From: Eledone cirrhosa | Taxonomy: Eukaryota | Direction of reading: 5' to 3' | Assembly (NCBI GenBank): GCA_964016885.1 | Contig: OZ024743.1 | Coordinates: forward strand, 135,222,001-135,286,000 | DNA: 64,000 bases | Shown here: piece by piece, positions 61,501 through 64,000 of the stretch | Position numbering within the stretch: position 1 is the stretch's first letter | How the letters are laid out: each line of letters opens with the position of its first letter | Notes under the pieces: generated by a model | The model's database searches: none | The model's input: only the letters and a program-made list of their open reading frames with translations | Told to the model about the DNA's origin: nothing | Made by a program: the position numbers and the translations under genes

Positions 61501-64000
61501 CGTGCTTAGTGTTTGGTGTTTGGTGCTTGGTGCTTGGTGTTTGGTGTTTCGTGCTTGGTGCCTGGTGCTTGTTGTTTGGTGTTTGCTGCTTGGTGCTTGG
61601 TGTTTGGTGTTTGGTGCTTGGTGCTTGGTATCTGGTGTTTGGTGCTTGGTGTTTGGTGTTTGGTGCTTGGTGCTTGGTGCTTGGTGTTTGGTGTTTGGTG
61701 CTTGGTGCTTGGTGTTTGGTGCTTGGTGTTTGGTGTTTGGTGTTTGATGCTTGGTGTTTGCTGCTTGGTGCTTGGTGCTTGGTGTTTTGTGTTTGGTGCT
61801 GGGTGCTTGGTGTTTGCTGCTTGGTGCTTGGTTTTTGGTGTTTGATGCTGCGTGCTTGGTGTTTGGTGTTTGGTGCTTGGTGCTTGGTGTTTGGTGTTTG
61901 GTGCTTGGTGCCTGGTGCTTGTTGTTTGGTGTTTGGTGCTTGGTGCTTGGTGTTTGGTGTTGTTGCTTGGTGCTTGGTGCTTGGTGCCTGGTGCTTGGTG
62001 CTTGGTGTTTGGTGCTTGGTGCTTGGTGCTTGGTGTTTGGTGATTGGTGCTTGGTGCTTGGTGTTTGGTGCTTGGTGCTTGGTGTTTGGTGCTTGGTGTT
62101 ATGTGCTTGGTGTTTGGTGCTTGGTGCTTGGTGCTTGGTGTTAGGTGTTTGGAGCTTGGTGCTTGGTGTTTGATGTTTGGTCCTTGGTGCTTGGTGTTTG
62201 GTGCTTGGTGCTTGGTGTTTGGTGTTTGGTGCTTGCTGCTTGCTGCTTGGTGTTTGGTGCTTGGTGATTGGTACTTGGTGTTTGGTGCTTGGTGCTTGGT
62301 GTTTGGTGTTTGGTGCTAGGTGCTTGGTGCTTGGTGCTTGGTGTTTGGTGCTTGGTGCTTGGTGTTTGGTGTTTGGTGCTTGGTGCTTGGGGCTTGGTGT
62401 TTGGTGCTTAGTGCTTGGTGCTTGGTGTTTGGTGCTTGGTGCTTGGTGTTTGGTGTTTGGTGCTAGGTGCTTGGTGCTTGGTGTTTGGTGTTTGGTGCTT
62501 GGTGTTTGGTGCTTGGTGCTTGGTGCTTGGTGCTTATTGTTTGGTGCTTAGTACTTGGTGCTTCGTGCTTGGTCTTTGGTGCTTGGTGTTTGGTGTTTGG
62601 TGCTTGGTGCTTGGTGTTTGGTGCTTGGTGCTTGGTGCTTGGTGTTTGGTGCTTGGTGCTTGGTGCTTGGTGATTAGTGTTTGGTGCCTGGTGCTTGGTG
62701 CCTGGTGCTTGGTGCTTGGTGCTTGTTGTTTGGTGCTTGGTGCTTGGTGATTAGTGTTTGGTGCTTGGTGCTTGAGGTTTGGTGTTTGGTGCTTGGGGTT
62801 TGGTGTTTGGTGCTGGGTGCTTTGTGTTTGGTGCTTGGTATTTGGTGCTTGGTGCTTGGTGTTCGGTGCTTGGTGCCTGGTGCTTGGTGTTTGGTGCTTG
62901 GTGCTTGGTGTTAGGTGATTGGTGCTTGGTGCTTGGTGCTTGGTGCTTGGTGTTAGGCGTTTGGTGCTTGGTGCTTGGTGTTTGATGTTTGGTCCTTGGT
63001 GCTTGGTGTTTGGTATTTGGTGCTTGGTGCTTGGTGTTTGGTGTTTGGTGCTTGGTGCTTGGTGTTTTGTGCTTTTTGCTTGGTGTTTGGTGTTTGGTGC
63101 TAGGGTCTTGGTGCTTGGTGCTTGGTGTTTGGTGCTTGGTGCTTGGTGTTTGGTGTTTGGTGCTTGGTGCGTGGGGCTTGGTGTTTGGTGCTTGGTGTTT
63201 GGTGCTTGGTGTTTGGTGCTTGCTGTTTGGTGCTTGGTGCTTGGTGTTTGGTGTTTGGTGTTTGGTGCTTGGTGCTTGGTGTTTGGTGCTTGGTGCTTGG
63301 TGCTTGGTGCTTGGTGCTTGGTGTTTGGTGCTTGGTGCTTGGTGATTAGCGTTTGGTGATTGGTGCTTGGGGTTTGGTGTTTGGTACTTGGTGTTTGGTG
63401 CTTGGTGCTTGCTGTTTGGTGTTTGGTGTTTGGTTCTTGGTGCTTGGTGTTTGGTGTTTGGTGTTTGGTGCTTGGTGCTTGGTGCTTGGTGTTTGGTGCT
63501 TGGTGCTTGGTGCTTGGTGTTTGGTGCTGCGTGCTTGGTGTTTGGTGTTTGGTGCTTGGTGCCTGCTGCTTGTTGTTTGGTGTTTGGTGCTAAGTGCTTG
63601 GTGTTTGGTGTTTGGTGCTTGGTGCTTGGTGGCTGGTGTTTGGTGCTTGGTGTTTGGTGTTTGGTGCTTGGTGCTTGGTGCCTGGTGTTTCGTGCTTGGT
63701 GCTTGGTGCTTGGTGTTTGGTGTTTGGTGCTTGGTGGTTGGTGTTTGGTACTTGGTGCTTGGTGTTTGGTGCTTGGTGCTTGGTGCTTTGTGTTTGATGC
63801 TGCGTGCTTGGTGTTTGGTGTTTGGTGTTTTGTGCTTGGTGCCTGGTGCTTGTTGTTTGGTGTTTGCTGCTTGGTGCTTGGTGTTTCGTGTTTGGTGCTT
63901 GGTGCTTGGTATCTGGTGTTTGGTGCTTGGTGTTTGGAGTTTGGTGCTTGGTGCTTGGTGCTTGGTGTTTGGTGTTTGGTGCTTGGTGCTTGGTGTTTGG
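55501..64000 (+). repeat. ~8.9-kb higher-order repeat, copy 2 (truncated by the window end)
   Basis: 8940 = 149 x 60, so lines repeat verbatim, e.g. line 49501 = line 58441 and line 53581 = line 62521. Confidence 0.92.

Larger units (their letters stand above)
1..64000 (+). repeat. Heptanucleotide tandem satellite array (TTGGTGY)n, ~9,100-9,200 monomers, head-to-tail, running off both window edges
   Basis: Seen directly: every line parses into TTGGTGC/TTGGTGT plus 1-2-substitution variants (TTGGTGA, TTGCTGC, TTGATGY, TTAGTGY, TAGGTGY, CTGGTGY, TTGGGGY, TTGGTCC, TTGGTAC). The translation repeats every 7 aa (VLGAWCL / TKHQAPS) in all frames, as expected of a 7-bp period. Copy number is simply 64000/7. 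Confidence 0.99.
25700..64000 (+). repeat. Recurrent ~2.2-2.3-kb sub-HOR module marked by TTGGTGA-TTAGCGT-TTGGTGA (15 occurrences)
   Basis: The TTAGCGT marker lies 7 bp upstream of the 'MVIGAWGLVFGTW' ORF starts at 25708, 29266, 31568, 33766, 36388, 39946, 42248, 44397, 45571, 47769, 52111, 54413, 56688 and 61051, and of the equivalent position 63353. Confidence 0.9.

Noticed and set aside
16-63797. Hundreds of hydrophobic plus-strand ORFs (VLGAWCL repeats) resembling membrane proteins
   Set aside because: The plus-strand consensus has no A, so no stops. The same peptide appears in all three frames and starts are TTG/GTG from the repeat itself.
1-64000. CRISPR array
   Set aside because: No unique spacers, no 23-50-bp repeat separated by non-repeat sequence, no leader and no cas genes.
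1-64000. Chi-site array (GCTGGTGG-like)
   Set aside because: GCTTGGTG and the variant GCTGGGTGG only resemble Chi; the consensus is not the octamer and nothing indicates a bacterial context.
1-64000. Cyanobacterial STRR-type heptamer repeats or a bacterial contingency locus
   Set aside because: Those are short tracts within or between genes; a gene-free array of 64 kb or more does not fit.
1-64000. Canonical telomerase-synthesised telomere tract
   Set aside because: Many substituted monomers are copied in multi-kb blocks, and no TTAGGG/TTTAGGG run is present. Only a telomere-derived or recombination-maintained origin remains open.
23690-64000. HOR copies as pure assembly or rolling-circle amplification artefact
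   Set aside because: Copies differ by private substitutions and whole-monomer indels, and several different periods are nested, which argues for real duplications. Not fully excluded without reads.
1-64000. Hidden insertions, transposon fragments, RNA genes or strand inversions
   Set aside because: None seen on reading through; no CACCAA-oriented tract or non-repeat stretch occurs on the + strand.

Overview
The whole 64-kb window is one uninterrupted, single-orientation satellite array of a 7-bp monomer TTGGTGY (TTGGTGC and TTGGTGT interleaved; reverse complement RCACCAA), roughly 9,100-9,200 copies. I found no unique-sequence insert, no inversion and no credible gene. Every listed ORF is an artefact: the + strand consensus has no A and the - strand consensus has no T, so neither can form stop codons. 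The informative content is the pattern of variant monomers, which shows nested higher-order repeats (HORs). A left domain (~1-16.9 kb) has its own marker variants and copies offset by 7218, 3050 and 5022 bp. A transitional zone (~17-23.7 kb) has short local duplications. A right domain is built from ~2.2-2.3-kb modules assembled into two ~10.7-kb HOR copies (~23.7-45.0 kb) and then two ~8.9-kb HOR copies (~46.6-64 kb). All register breaks I traced are deletions, and they account exactly for the HOR lengths modulo 7. The array most resembles eukaryotic centromeric, pericentromeric or subtelomeric simple satellite. Organism and function cannot be determined from this window. Offsets come from matching ORF-track entries and marker motifs by eye; block boundaries are approximate.
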